The notes under the pieces were generated by a model. The model worked only from the letters and a program-made list of their open reading frames with translations. It had not been told where the DNA came from and ran no database searches. The translations under genes were made by a program, and so were the position numbers. From contig OZ024743.1 in the NCBI GenBank assembly GCA_964016885.1, positions 315,890,001-315,954,000 of the forward strand: a stretch of DNA of 64,000 bases, in the 5' to 3' direction. How positions within the stretch are numbered: the first letter of the stretch is position 1; each line of letters starts with the position of its first letter. Of the stretch, positions 38,616-52,606 are shown in pieces. The stretch is from Eledone cirrhosa. Lineage: Eukaryota.

Positions 38616-39594
38616 TACCTCTTTCGTCGTCTCCAAAATAATGAGCACAAGCCATCAACTATGTACGTGGTCTGTAGTGTTAGTTAAATTATAATTCTGT
38701 ATATAACACCTTGTCACCTTGTCACATGTTAACTTTTTTTTATAATATATTTTTCTTGTTGTTTGGAGGAAACTGAGAATTCCGTTGGTGGGATGGAATT
38801 GTCTGAAACAGTTTGACCCCATTTGGTGTCCGAACCCCAAACCTTTACGTTATTAGCACGATTCTCTAATTACCTGAGCTAACTGGACAGATATTTAGGT
38901 CGCCATGGAGATAAATAATTAACAGAAACTATCAATTATGTATATTATATATATTTGAAGTAATTAAAACAAGCATCCAAAATTGGGTTCCTCCGAAATT
39001 CCTTTAGAGTGACGTTACTTGATTGATAGTGTACGTAGCTCGGAGATCAGAGGGTCACAACTGGTAGAGTCAGTACTTCTTCGAATTGAGAGATCACAGC
39101 TCCGATAATATGGGCATGTGGTTAGAATGTCTCAAGAAAGAATCACTGGACAGATTTTACAGACAAAACCTACAGACAGCAGACCCAGGAGTAGACCTTG
39201 TGCAAGATGGTTGGATGATATCTATGAGTTTGGCTTGTCTCGCTTGGGAATCCAGTTGGAGGCGGTTGCTTCTGACAGGACCCACTGGAAAGTGTGTTGG
39301 AGGACTCTACCTTCACGACCCTCTTTGGAATAAATGTGCCAAGAAGAAGATGAAGAGATATTAGAAGTAGGATACAATAAAGTTTCACTTTAAAATATTT
39401 CATTACATTTATCGAACTTTACATGTTTCACAGATGATCAAAAAGCGAACTTAAAGTTTTCATCCTTGTATAATTCCGTCCGTTAGTTTTTACTGAATAT
39501 ATTCCATCTGTCTTTGTAGGAGGATTAACGCAATGCAAAACATTGTAAATTTAGAAAGAAAAAAGAAATCAGAGTAATTAAAACTACTTGCATT

Positions 39595-39668
39595 TGGCCA
39601 GTATGGAGCTCGAACCCACGACATTCGCGTTATTAGCACGACACTCTAACCAACTGTGCTAACCGGCC
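39595..39668 (-). tRNA. tRNA-Ile-AAT: tRNA-Ile(AAT), slot A, T12A
   Basis: A type with extra D-stem mismatch. Confidence 0.58.
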
Positions 39669-40036
39669 TAACGATGCATCTCCATAAAATTACACAATTA
39701 TTACAATAACTACCACAATAGGGAAAGATAATGAAGTTATGTGAAGTTATTACTATAGATAATAGGGATAAATATAGATTGATAATGTCCCCTAAAGATC
39801 AAAGGATTTCCAGGTATTACCTACTTTGGTATACTTATATATAGGTTTACATTTTCTAAACTGTCCTTTTAATTATGACTACGATCTGGTGTTATTGAGG
39901 GTAGACTTGGTTCCTATTTCTATCAGACGGAAAACCATTTTGGATACTATTTACAAAAGAGGTGAAAAGATCCCACATATTAAAATATTTTTATAACGTA
40001 AAGTTTTAGAAAATAGAATAAAAGAAACATTGCTTA

Positions 40037-40110
40037 TGGCCAGTATGGGGGTCGAACCCACGACATTCGCGTTATTAGCACGACGCTCTAACCAACTGAG
40101 CTAACCGGCC
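40037..40110 (-). tRNA. tRNA-Ile-AAT: tRNA-Ile(AAT), slot B
   Basis: Canonical copy. Confidence 0.92.
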
Positions 40111-41089
40111 TACCTCTTTCGTCGTCTCCAAAATAATGAGCACAAGCCATCAACTATGTAAGTGGTCTGTAGTGTTAGTTAAATTATAATTCTGTATATA
40201 ACACCCTGTCACCTTGTCACATGTTAACTTTTTTTTATAATATATTTTTCTTGTTGTTTGGAGGAAACTGAGAATTCCGTTGGTGGGGTGGAATTGTCAG
40301 AAAAAGTTTGACCCCATTTGGTGTCCGAACCCCAAACCTTTACGTTATTAGCACGATTCTCTAATTACCTGAGCTAACTGGACAGATATTTAGGTCGCCA
40401 TGGAGATAAATAATTAACAGAAACTATCAATTATTTATATTATATATATTTGAAGTAATTAAAACAAGCATCCAAAATTGGGTTCCTCCGAAATTCCTTT
40501 AGAGTGACGTTACTTGATTGATAGTGTACGTAGCTCGGAGATCAGAGGGTCACAACTGGTAGAGTCAGTACTTCTTCGAATTGAGAGATCACAGCTCCGA
40601 TAATATGGGCATGTGGTTAGAATGTCTCAAGAAAGAATCACTGGACAGATTTTACAGTCAAAACCTACAGACAGCAGAACCAGGAGTAGACCTTGTGCAA
40701 GATGGTTGGATGATATCTATGAGTTTGGCTTGTCTCGCTTGGGAATCCAGTTGGAGGCGGTTGCTTCTGACAGGACCCACTGGAAGGTGTGTTGGAGGAC
40801 TCTACCTTCACGACCCTCTTTGGAATAAATGTGCCAAGAAGAAGATGAAGAGATATTAGAAGTAGGATACAATAAAGTTTCACTTTAAAATATTTCATTA
40901 CATTTATCGAACTTTACATGTTTCACAGATGATCAAAAAGCGAACTTAAAGTTTTCAGCCTTGTATAATTCCGTCCGTTAGTTTTTACTGAATATATTCC
41001 ATCTGTCTTTGTAGGAGGATTAACGCAATGCAAAACATTGTAAATTTAGAAAGAAAAAAGAAATCAGAGTAATTAAAACTACTTGCATT

Positions 41090-41163
41090 TGGCCAGTATG
41101 GAGCTCGAACCCACGACATTCGCGTTATTAGCACGACACTCTAACCAACTGAGCTAACCGGCC
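41090..41163 (-). tRNA. tRNA-Ile-AAT: tRNA-Ile(AAT), slot A
   Basis: Standard A type. Confidence 0.7.
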
Positions 41164-41531
41164 TAACGATACATCTCCATAAAATTACACAATTATTACA
41201 ATAACTACCACAATAGGGAAAGATAATGAAGTTATGTGAAGTTATTACTATAGATAATAGGGATAAATATAGATTGATAATGTCCCCTAAAGATCAAAGG
41301 ATTTCCAGGTATTACCTACTTTGGTATACTTATATATAGGTTTACATTTTCTAAACTGTCATTTTAATTATGACTACGATCTGGTGTTATTGAGGGTAGA
41401 CTTGGTTCCTATTTCTATCAGACGGAAAACCATTTTGGATACTATTTACAAAAGAGGTGAAAAGATCCCACATATAAAAATATTTTTAAAACGTAAAATT
41501 TTAGAAAATAGAATAAAAGAAACATTGCTTA

Positions 41532-41605
41532 TGGCCAGTATGGGGGTCGAACCCACGACATTCGCGTTATTAGCACGACGCTCTAACCAACTGAGCTAAC
41601 CGGCC
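41532..41605 (-). tRNA. tRNA-Ile-AAT: tRNA-Ile(AAT), slot B
   Basis: Canonical copy. Confidence 0.92.
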
Positions 41606-42584
41606 TACCTCTTTCGTCGTCTCCAAAATAATGAGCACAAGCCATCAACTATGTACGTGGTCTGTAGTGTTAGTTAAATTATAATTCTGTATATAACACC
41701 CTGTCACCTTGTCACATGTTAACTTTTTTTTATAATATATTTTTCTTGTTGTTTGGAGGAAACTGAGAATTCCGTTGGTGGGATGGAATTGTCTGAAACA
41801 GTTTGACCCCATTTGGTGTCCGAACCCCAAACCTTTACGTTATTAGCACGATTCTCTAATTACCTGAGCTAACTGGACAGATATTTAGGTCGCCATGGAG
41901 ATAAATAATTAACAGAAACTATCAATTATGTATATTATATATATTTGAAGTAATTAAAACAAGCATCCAAAATTGGGTTCCTCCGAAATTCCTTTAGAGT
42001 GACGTTACTTGATTGATAGTGTACGTAGCTCGGAGATCAGAGGGTCACAACTGGTAGAGTCAGTACTTCTTCGAATTGAGAGATCACAGCTCCGATAATA
42101 TGGGCATGTGGTTAGAATGTCTCAAGAAAGAATCACTGGACAGATTTTACAGACAAAACCTACAGACAGCAGAACCAGGAGTAGACCTTGTGCAAGATGG
42201 TTGGATGATATCTATGAGTTTGGCTTGTCTCGCTTGGGAATCCAGTTGGAGGCGGTTGCTTCTGACAGGACCCACTGGAAGGTGTGTTGGAGGACTCTAC
42301 CTTCACGACCCTCTTTGGAGTAAATGTGCCAAGAAGAAGATGAAGAGATATTAGAAGTAGGATACAATAAAGTTTCACTTTAAAATATTTCATTACATTT
42401 ATCGAACTTTACATGTTTCACAGATGATCAAAAAGCGAACTTAAAGTTTTCATCTTTGTATAATTCCGTCCGTTAGTTTTTACTGAATATATTCCATCTG
42501 TCTTTGTAGGAGGATTAACGCAATGCAAAACATTGTAAATTTAGAAAGAAAAAAGAAATCAGAGTAATTAAAACTAATGGCATT

Positions 42585-42658
42585 TGGCCAGTATGGAGCT
42601 CGAACCCACGACATTCGCGTTATTAGCACGACGCTCTAACCAACTGAGCTAACCGGCC
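42585..42658 (-). tRNA. tRNA-Ile-AAT: Chimeric tRNA-Ile(AAT): B-type 5' flank and D arm, A-type T arm and 3' flank (deletion unit)
   Basis: Left flank ctaatggcatt is slot A, right flank tacctctttcgtcg is slot B; has C25 and T61. Confidence 0.75.
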
Positions 42659-43637
42659 TACCTCTTTCGTCGTCTCCAAAATAATGAGCACAAGCCATCA
42701 ACTATGTACGTGGTCTGTAGTGTTAGTTAAATTATAATTCTGTATTTAATACCTGGTCACCTTGTCACACGTTAACTTTTTTTTATAATATATTTTTCTT
42801 GTTGTTTGGAGGAAACTGAGAATTCCGTTGGTGGGATGGAATTGTCTGAAACAGTTTGACCCCATTTGGTGTCCGAACCCCAAACCTGTTCGTTATTAGC
42901 ACGATTCTCTAATTACCTGAGCTAACTGGACAGATATTTAGGTCGCCATGGAGATAAATAATTAACAGAAACTATCAATTATTTATATTATATATATTTG
43001 AAGTAATTAAAACAAGCATCCAAAATTGGGTTCCTCCGAAATTCCTTTACAGTGACGTTACTTGATTGATAGTGTACGTAGCTCGGAGATCAGAGGGTCA
43101 CAACTGGTAGAGTCAGTACTTCTTCGAATTGAGAGATCACAGCTCCGATAATATGGGCATGTGGTTAGAATGTCTCAAGAAAGTATCACTGGACAGATTT
43201 TACAGACAAAACCTACAGACAGCAGACCCAGGAGTAGACCTTGTGCAAGATGGTTGGATGATATCTATGAGTTTGGCTTGTCTCGCTTGGGAATCCAGTT
43301 GGAGGCGGTTGCTTCAGACAGGACCCACTGGAAGGTGTGTTGGAGGACTCTACCTTCACGACCCTCTTTGGAGTAAATGTGCGAAGAAGAAGATGAAGAG
43401 ATATTAGAAGTAGGATACAATAAAGTTTCACTTTAAAATATTTCATTACATTTATCGAACTTTACATTTTTCACAGATGATCGAAAAGCGAACTTAAAGT
43501 TTTTAGCCTTGTATAATTCCGTCCGTTAGTTTTTACTGAATATATTCCATCTGTCTTTGTAGGAGGATTAACGCAATGCAAAACATTATAAATTTAGAAA
43601 GAAAAAAGAAATCAGAGTAATTAAAACTAATAGCATT

Positions 43638-43711
43638 TGGCCAGTATGGGGATCGAACCCACGACATTCGCGTTATTAGCACGACACTCTAACCAACTGA
43701 GCTAACCGGCC
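43638..43711 (-). tRNA. tRNA-Ile-AAT: tRNA-Ile(AAT), slot A with intact B box
   Basis: GTGGG TTCGATC CCCAT; only stem change is the G10:U25 wobble. Confidence 0.88.
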
Positions 43712-44079
43712 TAACGAAACATCTCCATAAAATTACACAATTATTACAATAACTACCACAATAGGGAAAGATAATGAAGTTATGTGAAGTTATTACTATA
43801 GATAATAGGGATAAATATAGATTGATAATGTCCCCTGAAGATCAAAGGATTTCCAGGTATTACCTACTTTGGTATACTTATATATAGGTTTACATTTTCT
43901 AAACTGTCTTTTTAATTATGACTACGATCTGGTGTTATTGAGGGTAGACTTGGTTCCTATTTCTATCAGACGGAAAACCATTTTGGATACTATTTACAAA
44001 AGAGGTGAAAAGATCCTACATATAAAAATATTTTTAAAACGTAAAATTTAAGAAAATAGAATAAAAGAAATATTGCTTA

Positions 44080-44153
44080 TGGCCAGTATGGGGGTCGAAC
44101 CCACGACATTCGCGTTATTAGCACGACGCTCTAACCAACTGAGCTAACCGGCA
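44080..44153 (-). tRNA. tRNA-Ile-AAT: tRNA-Ile(AAT), slot B, G1T variant
   Basis: First acceptor pair broken. Confidence 0.72.
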
Positions 44154-45131
44154 TGCTTCTTTCGTCGTCTCCAAAATAATGAGCACAAGCCATCAACTAT
44201 GTACGTGGTCTGTAGTGTTAGTTAAATTATAATTCTGTATTTAATACCTGGTCACCTTGTCACATGTTAACTTTTTTTATAATATATTTTTCTTTTTGTT
44301 TGGAGGAAACTGAGAATTCCGTTGGTGGGGTGGAATTGTCTGAAATAGTTTGACCCCATTTGGTGTCCGAACCCCAAACCTTTACGTTATTAGCACGATT
44401 CTCTAATTACCTGAGCTAACTGGACAGATATTTAGGTCGCCATGGAGATAAATAATTAACAGAAACTATCAATTATTTATATTATATATATTTGAAGTAA
44501 TTAAAACAAGCATCCAAAATTGGGTTCCTCCGAAATTCCTTTAGAGTGACGTTACTTGATTGATAGTGTACGTAGCTCGGAGATCAGAGGGTCACAACTG
44601 GTAGAGTCAGTTCCTCTTCGAATTGTGAGATCACAGCTCCGATAATATGGGCATGGGGTTAGAATGTCTCAAGAAAGAATCACTGGACAGATTTTACAGA
44701 CAAAACCTACAGACAGCAGACCCAGGAGTAGACCTTGTGCAAGATGGTTGGATGATATCTATGGGTTTGGCTTGTCTCGCTTGGGAATCCAGTTGGAGGC
44801 GGTTGCTTCTGACAGGACCCACTGGAAGGTGTGTTGGAGGACTCTACCTTCCCGACCCTCTTTGGAATAAATGTGCGAAGAAGAAGATGAAGAGATATTA
44901 GAAGTAGGATACAATAAAGTTTCACTTTAAAATATTTCATTACATTTATCGAACTTTACATGTTTCACAGATGATCAAAAAGCGAACTTAAAGTTTTCAG
45001 CCTTGTATAATTCCGTCCGTTAGTTTTTACTGAATATATTCCATCTGTCTTTGTAGGAGGATTAACGCAATGCAAAACATTGTAAATTTAGAAAGAAAAA
45101 AGAAATCAGAGTAATTAAAACTACTTGCATT

Positions 45132-45205
45132 TGGCCAGTATGGAGCTCGAACCCACGACATTCGCGTTATTAGCACGACATTCTAACCAACTGAGCTAAC
45201 CGGTA
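45132..45205 (-). pseudogene. tRNA-Ile(AAT), slot A, damaged
   Basis: C61T, positions 1-2 and D stem altered. Confidence 0.6.
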
Positions 45206-45573
45206 TAACGATGCATCTCCATAAAATTACACAATTATTACAATAACTACCACAATAGGGAAAGATAATGAAGTTATGTGAAGTTACTACTATAGATAAT
45301 AGGGATAAATATAGATTGATAATGTCCCCTAAAGATCAAAGGATTTCCAGGTATTACCTACTTTGGTATACTTATATATAGGTTTACATTTTCTAAACTG
45401 TCATTTTAATTATGACTACGATCTGGTGTTATTTAGGGTAGACTTGGTTCCTATTTCTATCAGACGGAAAACCATTTTGGATACTATTTACAAAAGAGGT
45501 GAAAAGATCCCACATATAAAAATATTTTTAAAACGTAAAATTTTAGAAAATAGAATAAAAGAAACATTGCTTA

Positions 45574-45647
45574 TGGCCAGTATGGGGGTCGAACCCACGA
45601 CATTCGCGTTATTAGCACGACGCTCTAACCAACTGAGCTAACCGGCC
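45574..45647 (-). tRNA. tRNA-Ile-AAT: tRNA-Ile(AAT), slot B
   Basis: Canonical copy. Confidence 0.92.
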
Positions 45648-46626
45648 TACCTCTTCCGTCGTCTCCAAAATAATGAGCACAAGCCATCAACTATGTACGT
45701 GGTCTGTAGTGTTAGTTAAATTATAATTCTGTATTTAATACCTGGTCACCTTGTCACACGTTAACTTTTTTTTATAATATATTTTTCTTGTTGTTTGGAG
45801 GAAACTGAGAATTCCGTTGGTGGGGTGGAATTGTCTGAAACAGTTTGACCCCATTTGGTGTCCGAACCCCAAACCTTTACGTTATTAGCACGATTCTCTA
45901 ATTACCTGAGCTAACTGGACAGATATTTAGGTCGCCATGGAGATAAATAATTAACAGAAACTATCAATTATTTATATTATATATATTTGAAGTAATTAAA
46001 ACAAGCATCCAAAATTGGGTTCCTCCGAAATTCCTTTAGAGTGACGTTACTTGATTGATAGTGTACGTAGCTCGGAGATCAGAGGGTCACAACTGGTAGA
46101 GTCAGTACTTCTTCGAATTGAGAGATCACAGCTCCGATAATATGGGCATGTGGTTAGAATGTCTCAAGAAAGAATCACTGGACAGATTTTACAGACAAAA
46201 CCTACAGACAGCAGAACCAGGAGTAGACCTTGTGCAAGATGGTTGGATAATATCTATGAGTTTGGCATGTCTCGCTTGGGAATCCAGTTGGAGGCGGTTG
46301 CTTCTGACAGGACCCACTGGAAGGTGTGTTGGAGGACTCTACCTTCACGACCCTCTTTGGAATAAATGTGCGAAGAAGAAGATGAAGAGATATTAGAAGT
46401 AGGATACAATAAAGTTTCACTTTAAAATATTTCATTACATTTATCGAACTTTACATGTTTCACAGATGATCAAAAAGCGAACTTAAAGTTTTCAGCCTTG
46501 TATAATTCCGTCCGTTAGTTTTTACTGAATATATTCCATCTGTCTTTGTAGGAGGATTAACGCAATGCAAAACATTGTAAATTTAGAAAGAAAAAAGAAA
46601 TCAGAGTAATTAAAACTACTTGCATT

Positions 46627-46700
46627 TGGCCAGTATGGAGCTCGAACCCACGACATTCGCGTTATTAGCACGACATTCTAACCAACTGAGCTAACCGGCA
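46627..46700 (-). pseudogene. tRNA-Ile(AAT), slot A, damaged
   Basis: C61T, G1T, G24A. Confidence 0.58.
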
Positions 46701-47068
46701 TAACGATGTATCTCCATAAAATTACACAATTATTACAATAACTACCACAATAGGGAAAGATAATGAAGTTATGTGAAGTTATTACTATAGATAATAGGGA
46801 TAAATATAGATTGATAATGTCCCCTAAAGATCAAAGGATTTCCAGGTATTACCTACTTTGGTATACTTATATATAGGTTTACATTTTCTAAACTGTCATT
46901 TTAATTATGACTACGATCTGGTGTTATTTAGGGTAGACTTGGTTCCTATTTCTATCAGACGGAAAACCATTTTGGATACTATTTACAAAAGAGGTGAAAA
47001 GATCCCACATATAAAAATATTTTTAAAACGTAAAATTTTAGAAAATAGAATAAAAGAAACATTGCTTA

Positions 47069-47142
47069 TGGCCAGTATGGGGGTCGAACCCACGACATTC
47101 GCGTTATTAGCACGACGCTCTAACCAACTGAGCTAACCGGCC
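47069..47142 (-). tRNA. tRNA-Ile-AAT: tRNA-Ile(AAT), slot B
   Basis: Canonical copy. Confidence 0.92.
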
Positions 47143-48121
47143 TACCTCTTCCGTCGTCTCCAAAATAATGAGCACAAGCCATCAACTATTTACGTGGTCT
47201 GTAGTGTTAGTTAAATTATAATTCTGTATTTAATACCTGGTCACCTTGTCACACGTTAACTTTTTTTTATAATATATTTTTCTTGTTGTTTGGAGGAAAC
47301 TGAGAATTCCGTTGGTGGGGTGGAATTGTCTGAAACAGTTTGACCCCATTTGGTGTCCGAACCCCAAACCTTTACGTTATTAGCACGATTCTCTAATTAC
47401 CTGAGCTAACTGGACAGATATTTAGGTCGCCATGGAGATAAATAATTAACAGAAACTATCAATTATTTATATTATATATATTTGAAGTAATTAAAACAAG
47501 CATCCAAAATTGGGTTCCTCCGAAATTCCTTTAGAGTGACGTTACTTGATTGATAGTGTACGTAGCTCGGAGATCAGAGGGTCACAACTGGTAGAGTCAG
47601 TACTTCTTCGAATTGAGAGATCACAGCTCTGATAATATGGGCATGTGGTTAGAATGTCTCAAGAAAGAATCACTGGACAGATTTTACAGACAAAACCTAC
47701 AGACAGCAGAACCAGGAGTAGACCTTGTGCAAGATGGTTGGATGATATCTATGAGTTTGGCTTGTCTCGCTTGGGAATCCAGTTGGAGGCGGTTGCTTCT
47801 GACTGGACCCACTGGAAGGTGTGTTGGAGGACTCTACCTTCACGACCCTCTTTGGAATAAATGTGCGAAGAAGAAGATGAAGAGATATTAGAAGTAGGAT
47901 ACAATAAAGTTTCACTTTAAAATATTTCATTACATTTATCGAACTTTACATGTTTCACAGATGATCAAAAAGCGAACTTAAAGTTTTCAGCCTTGTATAA
48001 TTCCGTCCGTTAGTTTTTACTGAATATATTCCATCTGTCTTTGTAGGAGGATTAACGCAATGCAAAACATTGTAAATTTAGAAAGAAAAAAGAAATCAGA
48101 GTAATTAAAACTACTTGCATT

Positions 48122-48195
48122 TGGCCAGTATGGAGCTCGAACCCACGACATTCGCGTTATTAGCACGACACTCTAACCAACTGAGCTAACCGGCC
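48122..48195 (-). tRNA. tRNA-Ile-AAT: tRNA-Ile(AAT), slot A
   Basis: Standard A type. Confidence 0.7.
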
Positions 48196-48563
48196 TAACG
48201 ATGCATCTCCATAAAATTACACAATTATTACAATAACTACCACAATAGGGAAAGATAATGAAGTTATGTGAAGTTATTACTATAGATAATAGGGATAAAT
48301 ATAGATTGATAATGTCCGCTAAAGATCAAAGGATTTCCAGGTATTACCTACTTTGGTATACTTATATATAGGTTTACATTTTCTAAACTGTCCTTTTAAT
48401 TATGACTACGATCTGGTGTTATTGAGGGTAGACTTGGTTCCTATTTCTATCAGACGGAAAACCATTTTGGATACTATTTACAAAAGAGGTGAAAAGATCC
48501 CACATATAAAAATATTTTTAAAACGTAAAATTTTAGAAAATAGAATAAAAGAAACATTGCTTA

Positions 48564-48637
48564 TGGCCAGTATGGGGGTCGAACCCACGACATTCGCGTT
48601 ATTAGCACGACGCTCTAACCAACTGAGCTAACCGGCC
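48564..48637 (-). tRNA. tRNA-Ile-AAT: tRNA-Ile(AAT), slot B
   Basis: Canonical copy. Confidence 0.92.
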
Positions 48638-49616
48638 TACCTCTTCCGTCGTCTCCAAAATAATGAGCACAAGCCATCAACTATTTACGTGGTCTGTAGT
48701 GTTAGTTAAATTATAATTCTGTATTTAATACCTGGTCACCTTGTCACACGTTAACTTTTTTTTATAATATATTTTTCTTGTTGTTTGGAGGAAACTGAGA
48801 ATTCCGTTGGTGGGGTGGAATTGTCTGAAACAGTTTGACCCCATTTGGTGTCCGAACCCCAAACCTTTACGTTATTAGCACGATTCTCTAATTACCTGAG
48901 CTAACTGGACAGATATTTAGGTCGCCATGGAGATAAATAATTAACAGAAACTATCAATTATTTATATTATATATATTTGAAGTAATTAAAACAAGCATCC
49001 AAAATTGGGTTCCTCCGAAATTCCTTTAGAGTGACGTTACTTGATTGATAGTGTACGTAGCTCGGAGATCAGAGGGTCACAACTGGTAGAGTCAGTACTT
49101 CTTCGAATTGAGAGATCACAGCTCTGATAATATGGGCATGTGGTTAGAATGTCTCAAGAAAGAATCACTGGACAGATTTTACAGACAAAACCTACAGACA
49201 GCAGAACCAGGAGTAGACCTTGTGCAAGATGGTTGGATGATATCTATGAGTTTGGCTTGTCTCGCTTGGGAATCCAGTTGGAGGCGGTTGCTTCTGACAG
49301 GACCCACTGGAAGGTGTGTTGGAGGACTCTACCTTCACGACCCTCTTTGGAATAAATGTGCGAAGAAGAAGATGAAGAGATATTAGAAGTAGGATACAAT
49401 AAAGTTTCACTTTAAAATATTTCATTACATTTATCGAACTTTACATGTTTCACAGATGATCAAAAAGCGAACTTAAAGTTTTCAGCCTTGTATAATTCCG
49501 TCCGTTAGTTTTTACTGAATATATTCCATCTGTCTTTGTAGGAGGATTAACGCAATGCAAAACATTGTAAATTTAGAAAGAAAAAAGAAATCAGAGTAAT
49601 TAAAACTACTTGCATT

Positions 49617-49690
49617 TGGCCAGTATGGAGCTCGAACCCACGACATTCGCGTTATTAGCACGACACTCTAACCAACTGAGCTAACCGGCC
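49617..49690 (-). tRNA. tRNA-Ile-AAT: tRNA-Ile(AAT), slot A
   Basis: Standard A type. Confidence 0.7.
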
Positions 49691-50058
49691 TAACGATGCA
49701 TCTCCATAAAATTACACAATTATTACAATAACTACCACAATAGGGAAAGATAATGAAGTTATGTGAAGTTATTACTATAGATAATAGGGATAAATATAGA
49801 TTGATAATGTCCGCTAAAGATCAAAGGATTTCCAGGTATTACCTACTTTGGTATACTTATATATAGGTTTACATTTTCTAAACTGTCCTTTTAATTATGA
49901 CTACGATCTGGTGTTATTGAGGGTAGACTTGGTTCCTATTTCTATCAGACGGAAAACCATTTTGGATACTATTTACAAAAGAGGTGAAAAGATCCCACAT
50001 ATTAAAATATTTTTATAACGTAAAGTTTTAGAAAATAGAATAAAAGAAACATTTCTTA

Positions 50059-50132
50059 TGGCCAGTATGGGGGTCGAACCCACGACATTCGCGTTATTAG
50101 CACGACGCTCTAACCAACTGAGCTAACCGGCC
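50059..50132 (-). tRNA. tRNA-Ile-AAT: tRNA-Ile(AAT), slot B
   Basis: Canonical copy. Confidence 0.92.
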
Positions 50133-51111
50133 TACCTCTTTCGTCGTCTCCAAAATAATGAGCACAAGCCATCAACTATGTACGTGGTCTGTAGTGTTAG
50201 TTAAATTATAATTCTGTATATAACACCCTGTCACCTTGTCACATGTTAACTTTTTTTTATAATATATTTTTCTTGTTGTTTGGAGGAAACTGAAAATTCC
50301 GTTGGTGGGATGGAATTGTCTGAAACAGTTTGACCCCATTTGGTGTCCGAACCCCAAACCTTTACGTTATTAGCACGATTCTCTAATTACCTGAGCTAAC
50401 TGGACAGATATTTAGGTCGCCATGGAGATAAATAATTAACAGAAACTATCAATTATGTATATTATATATATTTGAAGTAATTAAAACAAGCATCCAAAAT
50501 TGGGTTCCTCCGAAATTCCTTTAGAGTGACGTTACTTGATTGATAGTGTACGTAGCTCGGAGATCAGAGGGTCACAACTGGTAGAGTCAGTACTTCTTCG
50601 AATTGAGAGATCACAGCTCCGATAATATGGGCATGTGGTTAGAATGTCTCAAGAAAGAATCACTGGACAGATTTTACAGACAAAACCTACAGACAGCAGA
50701 ACCAGGAGTAGACCTTGTGCAAGATGGTTGGATAATATCTATGAGTTTGGCATGTCTCGCTTGGGAATCCAGTTGGAGGCGGTTGCTTCTGACAGGACCC
50801 ACTGGAAGGTGTGTTGGAGGACTCTACCTTCACGACCCTCTTTGGAATAAATGTGCGAAGAAGAAGATGAAGAGATATTAGAAGTAGGATACAATAAAGT
50901 TTCACTTTAAAATATTTCATTACATTTATCGAACTTTACATGTTTCACAGATGATCAAAAAGCGAACTTAAAGTTTTCAGCCTTGTATAATTCCGTCCGT
51001 TAGTTTTTACTGAATATATTCCATCTGTCTTTGTAGGAGGATTAACGCAATGCAAAACATTGTAAATTTAGAAAGAAAAAAGAAATCAGAGTAATTAAAA
51101 CTACTTGCATT

Positions 51112-51185
51112 TGGCCAGTATGGAGCTCGAACCCACGACATTCGCGTTATTAGCACGACATTCTAACCAACTGAGCTAACCGGCA
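51112..51185 (-). pseudogene. tRNA-Ile(AAT), slot A, damaged
   Basis: C61T, G1T, G24A. Confidence 0.58.
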
Positions 51186-51553
51186 TAACGATGTATCTCC
51201 ATAAAATTACACAATTATTACAATAACTACCACAATAGGGAAAGATAATGAAGTTATGTGAAGTTATTACTATAGATAATAGGGATAAATATAGATTGAT
51301 AATGTCCCCTAAAGATCAAAGGATTTCCAGGTATTACCTACTTTGGTATACTTATATATAGGTTTACATTTTCTAAACTGTCATTTTAATTATGACTACG
51401 AACTGGTGTTATTTAGGGTAGACTTGGTTCCTATTTCTATCAGACGGAAAACCATTTTGGATACTATTTACAAAAGAGGTGAAAAGATCCCACATATAAA
51501 AATATTTTTAAAACGTAAAATTTTAGAAAATAGAATAAAAGAAACATTGCTTA

Positions 51554-51627
51554 TGGCCAGTATGGGGGTCGAACCCACGACATTCGCGTTATTAGCACGA
51601 CGCTCTAACCAACTGAGCTAACCGGCC
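51554..51627 (-). tRNA. tRNA-Ile-AAT: tRNA-Ile(AAT), slot B
   Basis: Canonical copy. Confidence 0.92.
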
Positions 51628-52606
51628 TACCTCTTCCGTCGTCTCCAAAATAATGAGCACAAGCCATCAACTATTTACGTGGTCTGTAGTGTTAGTTAAA
51701 TTATAATTCTGTATTTAATACCTGGTCACCTTGTCACACGTTAACTTTTTTTTATAATATATTTTTCTTGTTGTTTGGAGGAAACTGAGAATTCCGTTGG
51801 TGGGGTGGAATTGTCTGAAACAGTTTGACCCCATTTGGTGTCCGAACCCCAAACCTTTACGTTATTAGCACGATTCTCTAATTACCTGAGCTAACTGGAC
51901 AGATATTTAGGTCGCCATGGAGATAAATAATTAACAGAAACTATCAATTATTTATATTATATATATTTGAAGTAATTAAAACAAGCATCCAAAATTGGGT
52001 TCCTCCGAAATTCCTTTAGAGTGACGTTACTTGATTGATAGTGTACGTAGCTCGGAGATCAGAGGGTCACAACTGGTAGAGTCAGTACTTCTTCGAATTG
52101 AGAGATCACAGCTCCGATAATATGGGCATGTGGTTAGAATGTCTCAAGAAAGAATCACTGGACAGATTTTACAGACAAAACCTACAGACAGCAGAACCAG
52201 GAGTAGACCTTGTGCAAGATGGTTGGATGATATCTATGAGTTTGGCTTGTCTCGCTTGGGAATCCAGTTGGAGGCGGTTGCTTCTGACTGGACCCACTGG
52301 AAGGTGTGTTGGAGGACTCTACCTTCACGACCCTCTTTGGAATAAATGTGCGAAGAAGAAGATGAAGAGATATTAGAAGTAGGATACAATAAAGTTTCAC
52401 TTTAAAATATTTCATTACATTTATCGAACTTTACATGTTTCACAGATGATCAAAAAGCGAACTTAAAGTTTTCAGCCTTGTATAATTCCGTCCGTTAGTT
52501 TTTACTGAATATATTCCATCTGTCTTTGTAGGAGGATTAACGCAATGCAAAACATTGTAAATTTAGAAAGAAAAAAGAAATCAGAGTAATTAAAACTACT
52601 TGCATT

